A stretch of DNA of 63,780 nucleotides, filler included, from Octopus bimaculoides (Eukaryota): NCBI RefSeq assembly GCF_001194135.2. It is 4 parts of 4 records of this genome, joined end to end, with 100 filler letters (N's around TTAATTAATTAA, not from the genome) between each part and the next. Parts side by side here need not be neighbours in the genome. Positions count along the whole stretch, not along the records: positions 1 to 21,816 come from NC_068985.1; 3 more parts are not named here. One strand, written 5' to 3'. Below are positions 1 to 12,618 of the stretch, one piece after another. The position numbers were made by a program, and so were the translations under genes. The notes under the pieces are model-generated. The model saw nothing but the letters and a program-made list of their open reading frames with translations, was not told the DNA's origin and made no database searches. Positions within the stretch are counted from its first letter, which is position 1. Every line of letters begins with the position of its first letter.

Positions 1-393
1 TATATATATATATATATATGTATGTATGCATGTATGTATATATATATGTATACATATGCGCATATTTATACATACATATACATATGTGTGTATATGTGTA
101 TGAGCATATGTATATAAATGTGTGTATGACTATATAGATGCCGCTATGTATTTGTATGTATATATGTATGTATGTATACGTGAAGATGTGTATGTTTTGT
201 TTTATGTATGTTTTCTCATGCATATACTTGCGTATCTAGACATGCTCATGTATAGTTAAATGGTAAACTTCTGGAAAATTTTATAGATTTCTACAGTTCC
301 AGTAATGGATTCCATCTGTAGTCTTCGAATATCAGCTTTCTACCTTCTGGTTTTGAGAAGCCTAATTTCTTCTCTTTATATGTATGTTTGTAT

Positions 394-530
394 GTAGGTA
401 TGTATGTAGGTAGGTATGTAGGTAGGTAGGTAGGTAGGTAGGTAGGTAGGTAGGTAGGTAGATAGTTAGGTATGTAGGTAGGTAGGTAGGTAGGTAGGTA
501 GGTAGGTAGGTAAGTACCTATCTAGGTAGA
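394..530. repeat. (GTAG)n/(GTAT)n microsatellite
   Basis: Direct inspection. Confidence 0.95.
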
Positions 531-787
531 TACGTATGTATGTACGTAGATAAGTATGAGCAAATCTAAGTGCGAAAGAATTTTAAAAGATATTTTCTAC
601 GTACCATGAAGCTGGATACTGCACAGTAATGTTTCGACTTTACTGTTCAGCTTTAATGAGGAAATTTAATAACTACAGTGTCTCAATATACAGTCCCTGT
701 ACATTGTCGTGTAAGAGCGAAGAGAAAGTGTGTGAAGTGGCCTTCTCTGCGAGAGGGAAGAAATATTAATTAAATCTGAGAAATATG

Positions 788-796
<9 letters not shown>

Positions 797-839
<43 letters not shown>

Positions 840-877
840 AAGAGAGAGAGAGAAGAGGAGAGAGAGAAGAGGAGGGT

Positions 878-932
<55 letters not shown>
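797..932. repeat. (GA)n microsatellite
   Basis: Direct inspection; explains the LSLSLS ORFs. Confidence 0.97.
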
Positions 933-935
<3 letters not shown>

Positions 936-1770
936 TAAGGGAAAAGCAGAAGAAAGATGAAGAGGAAATAAGTATTGAAGAAGAAATGAAATAGAAAACT
1001 TGACGTCATAATTTGATAATATTTCTGTACTTAACACTAAAATTTCTACTCAACCCCCTCACTTTCAACATCTATTTTCTCGAATCTTCTCTGTTTTCTC
1101 TAGGGGTATCTCAAACATAGTTTTTTTTTCTTTCTCTTATGCGATAGAACACTCAACGCAAAGTTCAGCAAGTAATACTCCTTTTAAAATTACCTTGTTG
1201 ATGTTATGACCAAGATGCCACAGTCCATTAATTGCAAGATAATTATCTTTGCTCTGGGTAGCATATTTACCAAAGCAGCTTTTTGCGATGAATACTGAGT
1301 TCATATTTACCTGAGAGTAAATATAGGTGCTTTAAGGAATTTAGGTTGTGCAACATATCTTGGAGCCTTCTAGTTTGGATGAGGCAAACAATCAACTCGC
1401 ACACTCTACAGCTACTGTATTGTAGAACATGAATAGAAATAACACCATGCTATTTAATATGCCCATACAGGGGAAACTATATACTTGTTTCGCAGCGAAA
1501 TATGTAGCATCCCATAAATTTCTATCTACATGAATAAGCATCAATATATTTATCAAATTTGTGTGGTCATTTCTTGGAATGTAAGAACACGTTCAGTATT
1601 GAGTAATTCGACAACCAATTTAAGTGTCTCATCTAGAACCACTTTGATCAGTGTCGCTGCACTGCTGGTATAGGCTCTGACATGGCACAACATTCAATTT
1701 AGCAACAACTATTTAAATTTTCTTTAAAAATATGAATTAATATCTTCCTTTTCACACCTACTTGAAGTAT

Positions 1771-1848
<78 letters not shown>

Positions 1849-2050
1849 ACGCGTATATATACCTGAGATGCATTGTATGAAAGCAAAGCTGTTCACTTTA
1901 CTCTACCAAAGCAATGGATTATGATACATACCATCCATTACAGAAACACAACTGAGAACACAGACTTTTCGTGACCCTTAGAAAACTTAGGACCTAGTTT
2001 TCCAGCTCCTATGGTGTGTAAGTGACTAAGACCACAATTATCTCCATGAA

Positions 2051-2170
2051 TGAGACATCAGTCCGTTTGCATCTAAGAAGACTAGAAGCAACGTGAAGCA
2101 ATGTTTTAATCAAGGATACACTGCCTAGTCCGGGAATCGAAAATACGATCTTGCGATTCTGAGTACAACT
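2051..2170 (-). mobile_element. tRNA-derived SINE fragment
   Basis: gaagcaacgtgaagcaatgtttt...ccgggaatcgaa is similar to the SINE copy at 3365-3617. Confidence 0.6.
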
Positions 2171-2559
2171 TGGTACAGAGGAGAATATCTGTTGTTAATT
2201 GATAATTGGCACGTCACAAGATACTTTAATGCGTTATGGAAAACTATTCAGGAGTGAGATGGAACTCATATTATATATAGAAGATAGACAATTCTGATAC
2301 ATTATCCGCTTCAAAAGGATAGCTAGGTGAGTGATGATGTATTCATACACGATTAAGCAAACAGTTATATACAAATATTTGAATTGCGGGAAGAAAATTA
2401 TATTAGTCAATGACTAATATTTTAATTATTTTGACAAGTGCCATTTATACATACTTACATACAGACACAAAACACACATACACACACACACGTGCATACG
2501 TGTGTGTGTGTACCTTTGTGTGTGTGTGTGCGTGTGTGCGTGTGTGTGTCTGTGCATTC

Positions 2560-2608
<49 letters not shown>

Positions 2609-3364
2609 NNNNNNNNNNNNNNNNNNNNNNNNNNNNNNNNNNNNNNNNNNNNNNNNNNNNNNNNNNNNNNNNNNNNNNNNNNNNNNNNNNNNNNNNNNNN
2701 NNNNNNNNNNNNNNNNNNNNNNNNNNNNNNNNNNNNNNNNNNNNNNNNNNNNNNNNNNNNNNNNNNNNNNNNNNNNNNNNNNNNNNNNNNNNNNNNNNNN
2801 NNNNNNNNNNNNNNNNNNNNNNNNNNNNNNNNNNNNNNNNNNNNNNNNNNNNNNNNNNNNNNNNNNNNNNNNNNNNNNNNNNNNNNNNNNNNNNNNNNNN
2901 NNNNNNNNNNNNNNNNNNNNNNNNNNNNNNNNNNNNNNNNNNNNNNNNNNNNNNNNNNNNNNNNNNNNNNNNNNNNNNNNNNNNNNNNNNNNNNNNNNNN
3001 NNNNNNNNNNNNNNNNNNNNNNNNNNNNNNNNNNNNNNNNNNNNNNNNNNNNNNNNNNNNNNNNNNNNNNNNNNNNNNNNNNNNNNNNNNNNNNNNNNNN
3101 NNNNNNNNNNNNNNNNNNNNNNNNNNNNNNNNNNNNNNNNNNNNNNNNNNNNNNNNNNNNNNNNNNNNNNNNNNNNNNNNNNNNNNNNNNNNNNNNNNNN
3201 NNNNNNNNNNNNNNNNNNNNNNNNNNNNNNNNNNNNNNNNNNNNNNNNNNNNNNNNNNNNNNNNNNNNNNNNNNNNNNNNNNNNNNNNNNNNNNNNNNNN
3301 NNNNNNNNNNNNNNNNNNNNNNNNNNNNNNNNNNNNNNNNNNNNNNNNTATATATATATATATA

Positions 3365-3617
3365 TTCACGGGATCAATTGATCGACCAGACTATCAGATG
3401 TTGTTGCACATCGCTGGTCACAATGCTCTTTACATCGTTTTATAGCTTCGAATGACGCCACCTTGAAGGCTAGGCGAGCAGGCCAACATTACACCTTGAT
3501 TGAAAGAGGGAACTGAAGCAACGTGAAATGAAGTGTTTTGCTCAAGAGTACAACACGGCCTCGGTCTGGGAATCGAACACACGATAGCGATCATGAGTGC
3601 AACAGCCTAACCACCAC
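3365..3617 (-). mobile_element. tRNA-derived SINE
   Basis: Minus strand has an A-box-like ggtggttag and B-box-like gttcgattcc head, followed by the cttgagcaaaacacttcatttcacgttgcttcag body shared with other copies in the window. Confidence 0.75.
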
Positions 3618-3739
3618 ACCACGTGTATTCACATATATGCATATACAAACTCTCACACATGTATGTGTGTGTGTTGACCATGTTTTCAATTAAATATGTT
3701 AAAACTATAGCGTAACTGTTTGGTAAACTGTTAGACGAT

Positions 3740-4020
3740 GATGCGGCAAAGAGGGTAAATGAATAGGACGCAGTTGAAGTACGAGATGATGACAGCAACG
3801 ACGATGTTGGTAGTGTTGACAATGACGATGATGACGACGTAGATGACAACGACGACGATGATGATGGCGTTGGTGGTCTTCCTGGTGGTGTGACTATGGC
3901 GATGTTGTTGGTAATGATGCTACTGATGATGCTGTTGCTGCTGCTGATGATGATAATGGTGATGAAGAGGGAGGAAGATGATGGAGAGGGTGGGGAGGGG
4001 AGGAACGTGGAGGAATACAA
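3740..4020. repeat. Decayed (GAT/GAC/GTT/GGA)n trinucleotide low-complexity tract
   Basis: Mixed trinucleotide arrays with frame shifts; no coherent ORF. Confidence 0.75.
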
Positions 4021-4909
4021 TAGAAGGAAAAATAAGACAAAACGATGGAGAAAGGGAAGAAATCATAAAAACTATTTTGCTGTAAGAAAGAAAATAAGAA
4101 AATGAATATGCAGAAGATGACTAAGAGAAAATCTATTACAAAGAAATATAATGATAAAAAATATAGAAATAAATGAATAAATAAATTAATAAAAAAAGAA
4201 AGAATATAGTTGGAAAGAATGAATGAATGAATGAATTTCATTCAATCTTTCGCTATTGAAGAATACAAAACTATAAAGTGCAGAGTGTACAAAATGTTAT
4301 TCTCTTCTCTAAAGGAAAAAAAAAAAAGAAAAATGTGAGACAAAAGGAAAATATTTTTTAAAAAATAATTAATGAAAGAAATATAAGCAGAATATAATGA
4401 AAAATCATTGAATTAATTAGTGTCCTTGTGTTAAAATGTCGCTTTATTAAAATTTTAAATAGCGAAATGAAAATGGCGTGTTGACTACCATAAAGCGTCT
4501 AATAACGTTGAAGATTATAAGGCTAATGACGTTTGAGATGTGAATATCACAGATTAAACAAAGGTTATTTTGTGATACACAAGGCCAATATTTATAATGT
4601 GCAAGGTGTATCGTCACGAATTCTATATATCGCCCACATCAGAAGTTGATTCGATGCACGCTCTTCTTCCCCGTGTAAGCTTTTCGGCACCTCGCTAGAC
4701 ACGTGATAGGGTATTTGTTTAATGTTTATAACACATGACAGTTACACCTATGGAGAAAAGAAAAGAAAAAACTACCTGTTATATTCTGCAAAAGTACTGG
4801 AAATCGTTTGAACACATCATTTCAATACCTAAGACATTCTTAAATATTCAAGCTTTGGGGATTTGTTCTGGAGTAACATTTATTAATTTAAAAGATGTAT
4901 AAACTCTAC

Positions 4910-5544
4910 TCCATTACAATGTAAGATTCTCTGACTTCAATTCACTTGCTGTTGCACTCCAGCCACTTTGTGAAAGTCCCATAGATGTCTTCCTATGTTA
5001 AGGTACCCACGACCCTTCTTACAGCCTGCCTTATTTTCTTTTTCAGCTTGGGTAACAAACAAAATCATAGAAAGCAAGGTCTGGACCTTAGGGGAGCAGT
5101 TTTGATACCCATCTCTAGCAAGTAGTTAGTTACCAGATCGAAATTAGGGGCTGGCGCACTGCCCTGGTGCAGGTGCTCTGGCCTTTTACAAAATCACTTC
5201 CTCCTCACTCTTAAATCTTCCACAAAGTACTCTTTGCTGACCGTCTAGCCACATGGATCCCAGTGGTTGTAGATGATACACTTCGGAAAATGTGATCGTC
5301 ATGAGCTTCCGAGTGGACTTGTTTTTCTTGGCTCTTGTGGCAGCTAAAAACAGATGCATTCTGCAAAATAAACAGTGAATGGAAGGCCGTGTTCAGTGTG
5401 CTATCAGACCTGTCACCTTCAACCTGAAATAGCAAAAGTTTGCAGGTCATCGTGTTAGGAATATCGTAATAACATACTAAAATTACAATCATCTAGGGCT
5501 GTTTCTCTTAAAAGAAATCTCAAACTTCTTGAATGCACCTCGTA
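4910..5544 (-). mobile_element. Mariner transposase remnant (internally deleted)
   Basis: Minus strand encodes RAKKNKSTRKLMTI..., HQ-SAP (HQDNAP-like) and PDLAFYDF-LPKLK fragments with frameshifts. TIR-like end TACGAGGTGCATTCAAGAAGTTTG at 5544-5521. Confidence 0.8.
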
Positions 5545-5646
5545 CAATTGTAAAGGTTAGAGGCATACTAGAAATTAGGTTATTTCGAATTCGTTTCCAA
5601 ATTTTTGTCTTTTTTATTTTAAAGAAATTAATAGGAAGAAAATTAC

Positions 5647-5812
5647 CCTCATCTTTACTCGATCTCTCTATTGACGATCTTTTCATCCTCGATCTATCCG
5701 ACGTCGATCTGATCTGAATCAACCCGTCCTCGATCGCCCCGTCCTTGATCTATACGACCTCGAACGTATCCGACCGCGAACTGACCTTGATCTATCCGAC
5801 GTTGGCCTCATT
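5647..5812. repeat. Degenerate ~15-bp minisatellite (CCTYGATCTATCCGA)
   Basis: Copies at 5687-5701, 5743-5757 and 5785-5799 plus several degenerate units. Confidence 0.75.
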
Positions 5813-6610
5813 GAATATCTAAAAGCGTAAAACAATTAAGCAGAAAAAAAAATCACCTAAAAACCAACTATATATTGGGAAAATAAACGAAAATACTTCT
5901 GAAGATGTATACAAACCATTTATTAAAACAAATCGGCTGATGTTTTTTTCTTCTTAGGTCGTCTACTGCGTTAAGTTGCATGCTTTGGAACCTATTATTA
6001 ACGTAGGCTGAGCAATGTCTGTATTTGAAGAAAAATCACAAAGATAAATCACAGATGATAGGAAATAATTAGTTCGATTTGAAACTTTGAAACATTTTCT
6101 AATTATATCTCCCAGAGAAATCTTGCGATTCTCTATTAACCGAAGGATTACTTATTAAACGTTGTGGTGCCGTATTTAGCTACATCGTTGCATTCCTCGT
6201 ATCACTGATTGCATATTGTTTGAATATAATAATCATAAGAAAAATTCATTGCTGTAATTAAGGCTGTGTTCTGTAGAAGTCCGTTTTATAATCATGTATT
6301 TCTGGGTAACTTACCAGTCGATTGCACGTTGGATTCTGCATCACCAGTATCAGGTTTAATAATTCCGTATGAGCAGAATTTCTTCGAAGTATGTAATGCG
6401 GAAGCACATTATACACACACACACAAACACAAACACGCACACATACATTCATATATATTTTATCTAGACATATGTATCAAGATATATATTTATGAATATA
6501 TGTATATATTATATGTACACAGAATATTTCTGCCGAGTTGTTTCTCTCTATATATATCTCTTTCTCTCTCTATATATATATATATATGTGCGTGTGTGCG
6601 TGTGTGTGTA

Positions 6611-6650
<40 letters not shown>

Positions 6651-6704
6651 CACACACGCACACGCACACGCACGCACGTACGCACACACACGCACACACT
6701 CATA

Positions 6705-6742
<38 letters not shown>

Positions 6743-8050
6743 ATGCCCCACTGATCATCGCTAGAAGTCGCGTCAGTCAAAACATGTTCTATATATTTAT
6801 TTACAAGCAAGCGTAGTGAACGAACCTAAATTGCATATATCTGTCATGAACAGAGTTTTTCTTTCCGACACTAATGAGAAAAGACTTGCTTCCTATAATT
6901 TGGCATATAGACTATGTCTCATATCAAATAAATTAGCTGCTATATTATATTTCAGGTAATACAATGTTTGCATTTTCTCTCATAGTTATATTGCTAAGAC
7001 TTAGTACGAAGCAAACGAAAATATGTTAAGGAGTAAGAATTAAACTCCTTGACTAGCCAAGATCATGATATGTTTCAGAGAATGTGCAGTAAAAGAAATC
7101 TTTAGATACACCATTTGATATAAAAGTTTCAACAGGAAACGGTCAGTGTATGCAAATTAAAGTCAAGACAGTTAAAATGAAAGGTAAACCATTAGCTAGA
7201 TGAAAGCTCTGTTACTATTTACCTATATTTATCAGTTCGAGACAAATAACCGTGTAAAATAAGTATGATTTTTCCGCCGCGCCCTGTATTACTAGCACGC
7301 CAACTGTCTTTTAAAAGTATAACGACGAAAGTTTTTTTGAATGAGGAAAGAAGCAATGATAAATGAATAAATTTGTTCAAAATCGGAGGAGAGATTGGTA
7401 TTTACAATCTTTCGTTAACAGCTGAAAACGTTGCTCTTATTATGATTCCCAATTGTAGAAACTAAAATATTGTTTGAATATACTATAGAAACTATTTCAC
7501 TTAGCTAAACTCTGCTTGTCTCTGCTGCCAAAGATATGTATTCTCTCTCCCATTGCGCGAAAACTAAGAATACCTTGTGTATGATAGAGAGGAGAAATAT
7601 TAATACAGCACTAAAATAATTCTTTCTAGTAGAGGAACAGGGTATAAAATTTGAGAGGAGGGTCTAGACGATTAAATTACCGCAATGCTGAGCTGCTTCT
7701 TGTCTTATCGATCATCACAAAAGGACGAAAGGCAATGTGCTAGTGCAGATCAAATGCCATTAGATGAAATGCCTTAATGTGTCTGCCGAGATGCCTTCCC
7801 ATTTTTTCTTTTTTTTTACAACACTAAAATAATGGTTTTAAATGAGGGAATGCTCCTAGTGAAGGGGGGCGCCCAGTGAAAAGATAAAGAGGTAAAAGTA
7901 AATACTAAGAGTGAGTAGGAAGAAGAAATAAACGAATTAGTTCCGGGAGAAGTGAGTCAGGTGGTGGGTGAAACTTCAGAGCTATTCACTAAATTGCTGT
8001 AATTATGGAAATAAGACAGCACATATTACAGCACATATTCTGCAAAAGAT

Positions 8051-8411
8051 GTGAAGGAGCATGGCTCAGTGGTTAGTGCGTCGGGCTCCCAATCATGAGG
8101 TAATGAGTTCCATTCCCCGGATCGGGCTGCGTGTTGTGTTCTTCAGCAAAAAACCTTATGTCACGTTTTTCCAGTTAACTCAGCCGTAGCAAAGAGTTGC
8201 GACGTCACAGCTATCATGCGGTATCGGTCTTTGCCTTTCCCTTAGATAACATCAGTGGAATGAAGAGTGTAGGATGGTATGCATGGGCCACTGCTGGCCT
8301 TCAAGATACAATCTTTCCCAGACTTGTGCTTTCGAGGATAACATTCTGCGTAGAATCACAAGGTCGTTCATGAACCCAAGGGGATCTTTACCGTTCTAGA
8401 AAAAAAAAAAA
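8051..8411 (+). mobile_element. tRNA-derived SINE with A-rich tail
   Basis: Head atggctcagtggttagtgcgtcgggctc...gagttccattcc, body ttgtgttcttcagcaaaa, poly-A at 8399-8411. Confidence 0.75.
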
Positions 8412-8860
8412 GATTTCAGACTTTGTTTAAATGTAGTATATTCTGAAGAAAGACAAATTCGGAAGAGCTCTGCTCTGCCATGTTCGGTAACGAAACGAAT
8501 TTGTGATTTTAGGTTTTAAAAGCCACAGTTTCACCCTTTGGCCACCTTTCCTACCAATGACCACCTGTTGATTGTATGGCACATGAAAGTGACATAAACA
8601 TATTTCTCAAGCATTTGCTAATAACTGTATATGTATATATGTATATACATGTATACATATATATACATACCAGTGTTTATTTGCATATTTGTGTAGATGT
8701 GTGTACAAGTGTGTTTGTGTATGTTTGTATGCCTCAGGGTTGATGTGCCTATGTTTGTTCCTCTGTGTGTGTGCGCGTGTCTGTGTGTGTGTGTGTNNNN
8801 NNNNNNNNNNNNNNNNNNNNNNNNNNNNNNNNNNNNNNNNNNNNNNNNNNNNNNNNNNNN

Positions 8861-8896
<36 letters not shown>

Positions 8897-8963
8897 TATA
8901 TATGTTGCATATATACATACGTATTCTGCTTATTGGTATTCATGAGTATATACATATGCATGC

Positions 8964-9008
<45 letters not shown>

Positions 9009-10484
9009 TAGTTGTATATATGTATATACATGTATACATATATATACATACCAGTGTTTATTTGCATATTTGTGTAGATGTGTGTACAAGTGTGTTTGTG
9101 TATGTTTGTATGCCTCAGGGTTGATGTGCCTATGTTTGTTCCTCTGTGTGTGTGCGCGTGTCTGTGTGTGTGTGTGTGTGTTCGTAGCTATGATGTACGT
9201 CATGTATGATTTCTTTTTATTTTAGTATGTTGGAAGCTTTCCATATTTGTAGATTTAGGTTTTCATCAGCCGTTTCAATCCCGACTGTCATCTCATATCA
9301 ACAACTTAGATGAAGACACGCAACCAAAGTAATGACAGAATACAAGAAAAAAAAAACAACAAATATAAAAGGAATCACAAAAAAACACACACACAAATGA
9401 AAAAAGGAATAAAACAAAGTAAATCATATATAAATATAAAGTATCCAATAATACCAAATAATAGATCAAATATGGCGGATAGAACAAAACAACAACGATG
9501 TTAATAACCGCCGAAAAAATCATAAAATAACATTAAAATAAACTCGAATAGATAGGACAAAAAGAGTAAGCGAAACCTAAAAAAAAAATATCAGAATTGT
9601 ATACGAAACGAGGAATACGAAACTGTGCATTAATTATGCATTCAAGAAGTTTTTTTTTTCCTCTTTTTTTTCTTTTTTTTTTGTCTTTTTTTTTTTGNNN
9701 NNNNNNNNNNNNNNNNNNNNNNNNNNNNNNNNNNNNNNNNNNNNNNNNNNNNNNNNNNNNNNNNNNNNNNNNNNNNNNNNNNNNNNNNNNNNNNNNNNNN
9801 NNNNNNNNNNNNNNNNNNNNNNNNNNNNNNNNNNNNNNNNNNNNNNNNNNNNNNNNNNNNNNNNNNNNNNNNNNNNNNNNNNNNNNNNNNNNNNNNNNNN
9901 NNNNNNNNNNNNNNNNNNNNNNNNNNNNNNNNNNNNNNNNNNNNNNNNNNNNNNNNNNNNNNNNNNNNNNNNNNNNNNNNNNNNNNNNNNNNNNNNNNNN
10001 NNNNNNNNNNNNNNNNNNNNNNNNNNNNNNNNNNNNNNNNNNNNNNNNNNNNNNNNNNNNNNNNNNNNNNNNNNNNNNNNNNNNNNNNNNNNNNNNNNNN
10101 NNNNNNNNNNNNNNNNNNNNNNNNNNNNNNNNNNNNNNNNNNNNNNNNNNNNNNNNNNNNNNNNNNNNNNNNNNNNNNNNNNNNNNNNNNNNNNNNNNNN
10201 NNNNNNNNNNNNNNNNNNNNNNNNNNNNNNNNNNNNNNNNNNNNNNNNNNNNNNNNNNNNNNNNNNNNNNNNNNNNNNNNNNNNNNNNNNNNNNNNNNNN
10301 NNNNNNNNNNNNNNNNNNNNNNNNNNNNNNNNNNNNNNNNNNNNNNNNNNNNNNNNNNNNNNNNNNNNNNNNNNNNNNNNNNNNNNNNNNNNNNNNNNNN
10401 NNNNNNNNNNNNNNNNNNNNNNNNNNNNNNNNNNNNNNNNNNNNNNNNNNNNNNNNNNNNNNNNNNNNNNNNNNNNNNNNNNNN

Positions 10485-10527
<43 letters not shown>

Positions 10528-11100
10528 AGGTTACGTGCTGGCAGAAGCGTTACAGTACCCTGATAAAATAATCTTCTTTTTTTATACTCTATGCACAAGT
10601 TCCGAAATTTTGGATGGAATGGGGCCAATCGATTAGATCGACCCCAGTATGCAACCGGTATTTAATTTATCGACCCCGAAAGGATGAAAGGCAAAGTTGA
10701 CCACAGCGGAACCCTGTTAAAATATTGAGCAGCATTTCTTATGGCTTAACATTCTGCCGAGATCGACTTTTGCTTTTCAATATTTCAGAATCGATAAAAT
10801 AAGTACCAGTCGAGCATTGGGGTCGATTTATTCGACTTATACCGTCCCATGAAATCACTGTGTCAAAATTTGAAACCGTTATTATTCTTATAAGAAGAAG
10901 GTAGCGTGCTGGCACGCCTGATAAATTGCTTAACGGCATTTCGTCCGCCTTTACATTTTCAGTTCTAATTCCGCTAAGGTCGACTTTGCCTTTCATCCTT
11001 TCGGTGTCGATTAAATAAGTACCAGTTGAGTACTTGGGTCAATGCAATCGACTTAATCCCTTCCCCCAAATTTCAGGCCTCGTGCCTACTGTAGAAAGCA
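10528..11100. mobile_element. Cluster of three partial SINE copies (gaaaggatgaaaggcaaagtcgac family) in both orientations
   Basis: Shares atcgaccccgaaaggatgaaaggcaaag / cgactttgcctttcatcctttcgg motifs with copies at 32409, 47310, 61202 and 63541. Confidence 0.85.
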
Positions 11101-11112
11101 TTGTTGTTATTA

Positions 11113-11137
11113 ACTACTACTACTACTACTACTACTG

Positions 11138-11191
<54 letters not shown>

Positions 11192-11230
11192 TTACTACTA
11201 CTACTACTGCTACTGCTACTGCTGCTGCTG

Positions 11231-11273
<43 letters not shown>

Positions 11274-11337
11274 TACTACTACTACTACCGCTACTACTAC
11301 TACTACCACTACTACTACTACTACTGCTACTACTACT
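11113..11337. repeat. (TAC)n microsatellite
   Basis: Direct inspection; explains the poly-T/Y/V ORFs. Confidence 0.97.
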
Positions 11338-11745
11338 GTTGATGCTTTTTGTTAATATTTTGTGCAGTGAACAATAACTACCAGTGCCTATCAGGCTCTA
11401 CAGGGTTGAGCTGATTTAGCCTTAACTGTGCTATTTTACGATTATGGACCCTTCCTAGGAATCCTCTTTTCTAAGTAACGCTAATGGACAGTTTTGCTTT
11501 TATTTCTGTGGAACGTTTCACAACTGCTTCTATAATAGTTGACACAGCACTTGTATCACTAAGACTAACAAGTCTAACAAGTACTTCAACCGAAATTTCC
11601 TTACACTTAGCTTTTAAGTTTATTTTACGGTGATGTTGTTGTCATTTGAGCAAGCCACTGGGGTCTCAGATTCCAGCTGGGCCACGAGCCTAAGTGTTCA
11701 GCAGTGTCATGAGCATGCCTTTTGTGTTTCCAGACCAATTCATAC

Positions 11746-12050
11746 ATACCGTTTTACTTGTGTATAAACCGCACTCGTGTATTAGACGCACCATCAATTT
11801 AATGTTAAATCTTAGTAGAAAATTTTTACGCATCGTAGTTTTAGTTTTTTCCCGTGTAAATGTCGCACACAGTTTTTCCCGTTTAAATCTATCATAAAAC
11901 AGTGCGATTTATCCACGAAGGTATATGATATGTCGTTTAAGACTATGTCGAGTCGGTTTGACTTAAACACTTTGCATGTCGTGGTATTATATCCCAGATA
12001 AATCATACTCACACTCGACTTATAGGAATTTTGTACAGCTGCGGCTCTTT
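11746..12050. mobile_element. Possible pogo/Tigger-like MITE remnant
   Basis: Starts taccgttttacttgtgtataaaccgcactcgtgtattagacgcacc, resembling pogo-type terminal sequences; the other end is degenerate. Confidence 0.4.
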
Positions 12051-12576
12051 ATTTCTTCACATATCTTCTATTGGAATAAAGTTGCATTTCAGACATGTTA
12101 TCAGGTACAGCTTATATGGAGCAGCCAAATAATGTGACCGATGGTTACCAGTTTTTGCCTCCTCTCCGAGTCATTCCAGATGCATCATTTCAGCTTGTTA
12201 CTCAGCTTCAGATTATAAATTAGGTTTATTCTTGTTTTTCACTCGTGTTAGTTTTTCTTTAAAATGAATAATAGAACACATAAGGAAAATATGTTTCGTA
12301 ATAAGACACCACATTTTCCTAAGGATTGTGGATACAACAGCGTTTTTGTTATCAAAGCAGAATATTTAACTGATTGCCGACCTGTTTATCAAAGACCAAT
12401 TCGTGATAAGTGTAATTCAGTTCACAATGGATCAGTGATGAATGAATCGCTGAAAGACGAGGGTAGATGTAATGCCAAGTTAAGAGATACTGAATCACAA
12501 TTATCAGGCATACAGTCTTGGCTTTCTTCATGGATCGCTTGTGTGTGCGTGTATGTGTTTATTTGTGAGTTTGTGT

Positions 12577-12618
<42 letters not shown>

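Noticed and set aside
1311-1414. Minus-strand exon-like segment with LRR-like DMLHNLNSLKHLYLLS and a CAG|GTAAAT donor
   Set aside because: The similarity is too short, the N of the LRR consensus is missing and no partner exons were found; insufficient to call.
8629-9180. Near-identical ~165-bp duplication on either side of the small gap at 8797-8860
   Set aside because: Identical copies flanking a gap are most simply a contig-end overlap (assembly artefact).
9255-9295. Minus-strand GUC...GAAAC...CUGAUGA cluster resembling another scrambled hammerhead
   Set aside because: Stem I cannot form and stem III is only 2 bp.
12264-12530. Non-repetitive part of ORF 12264-12689 (MNNRTHKENMF...)
   Set aside because: No recognisable domain or splice structure; it runs into a microsatellite.
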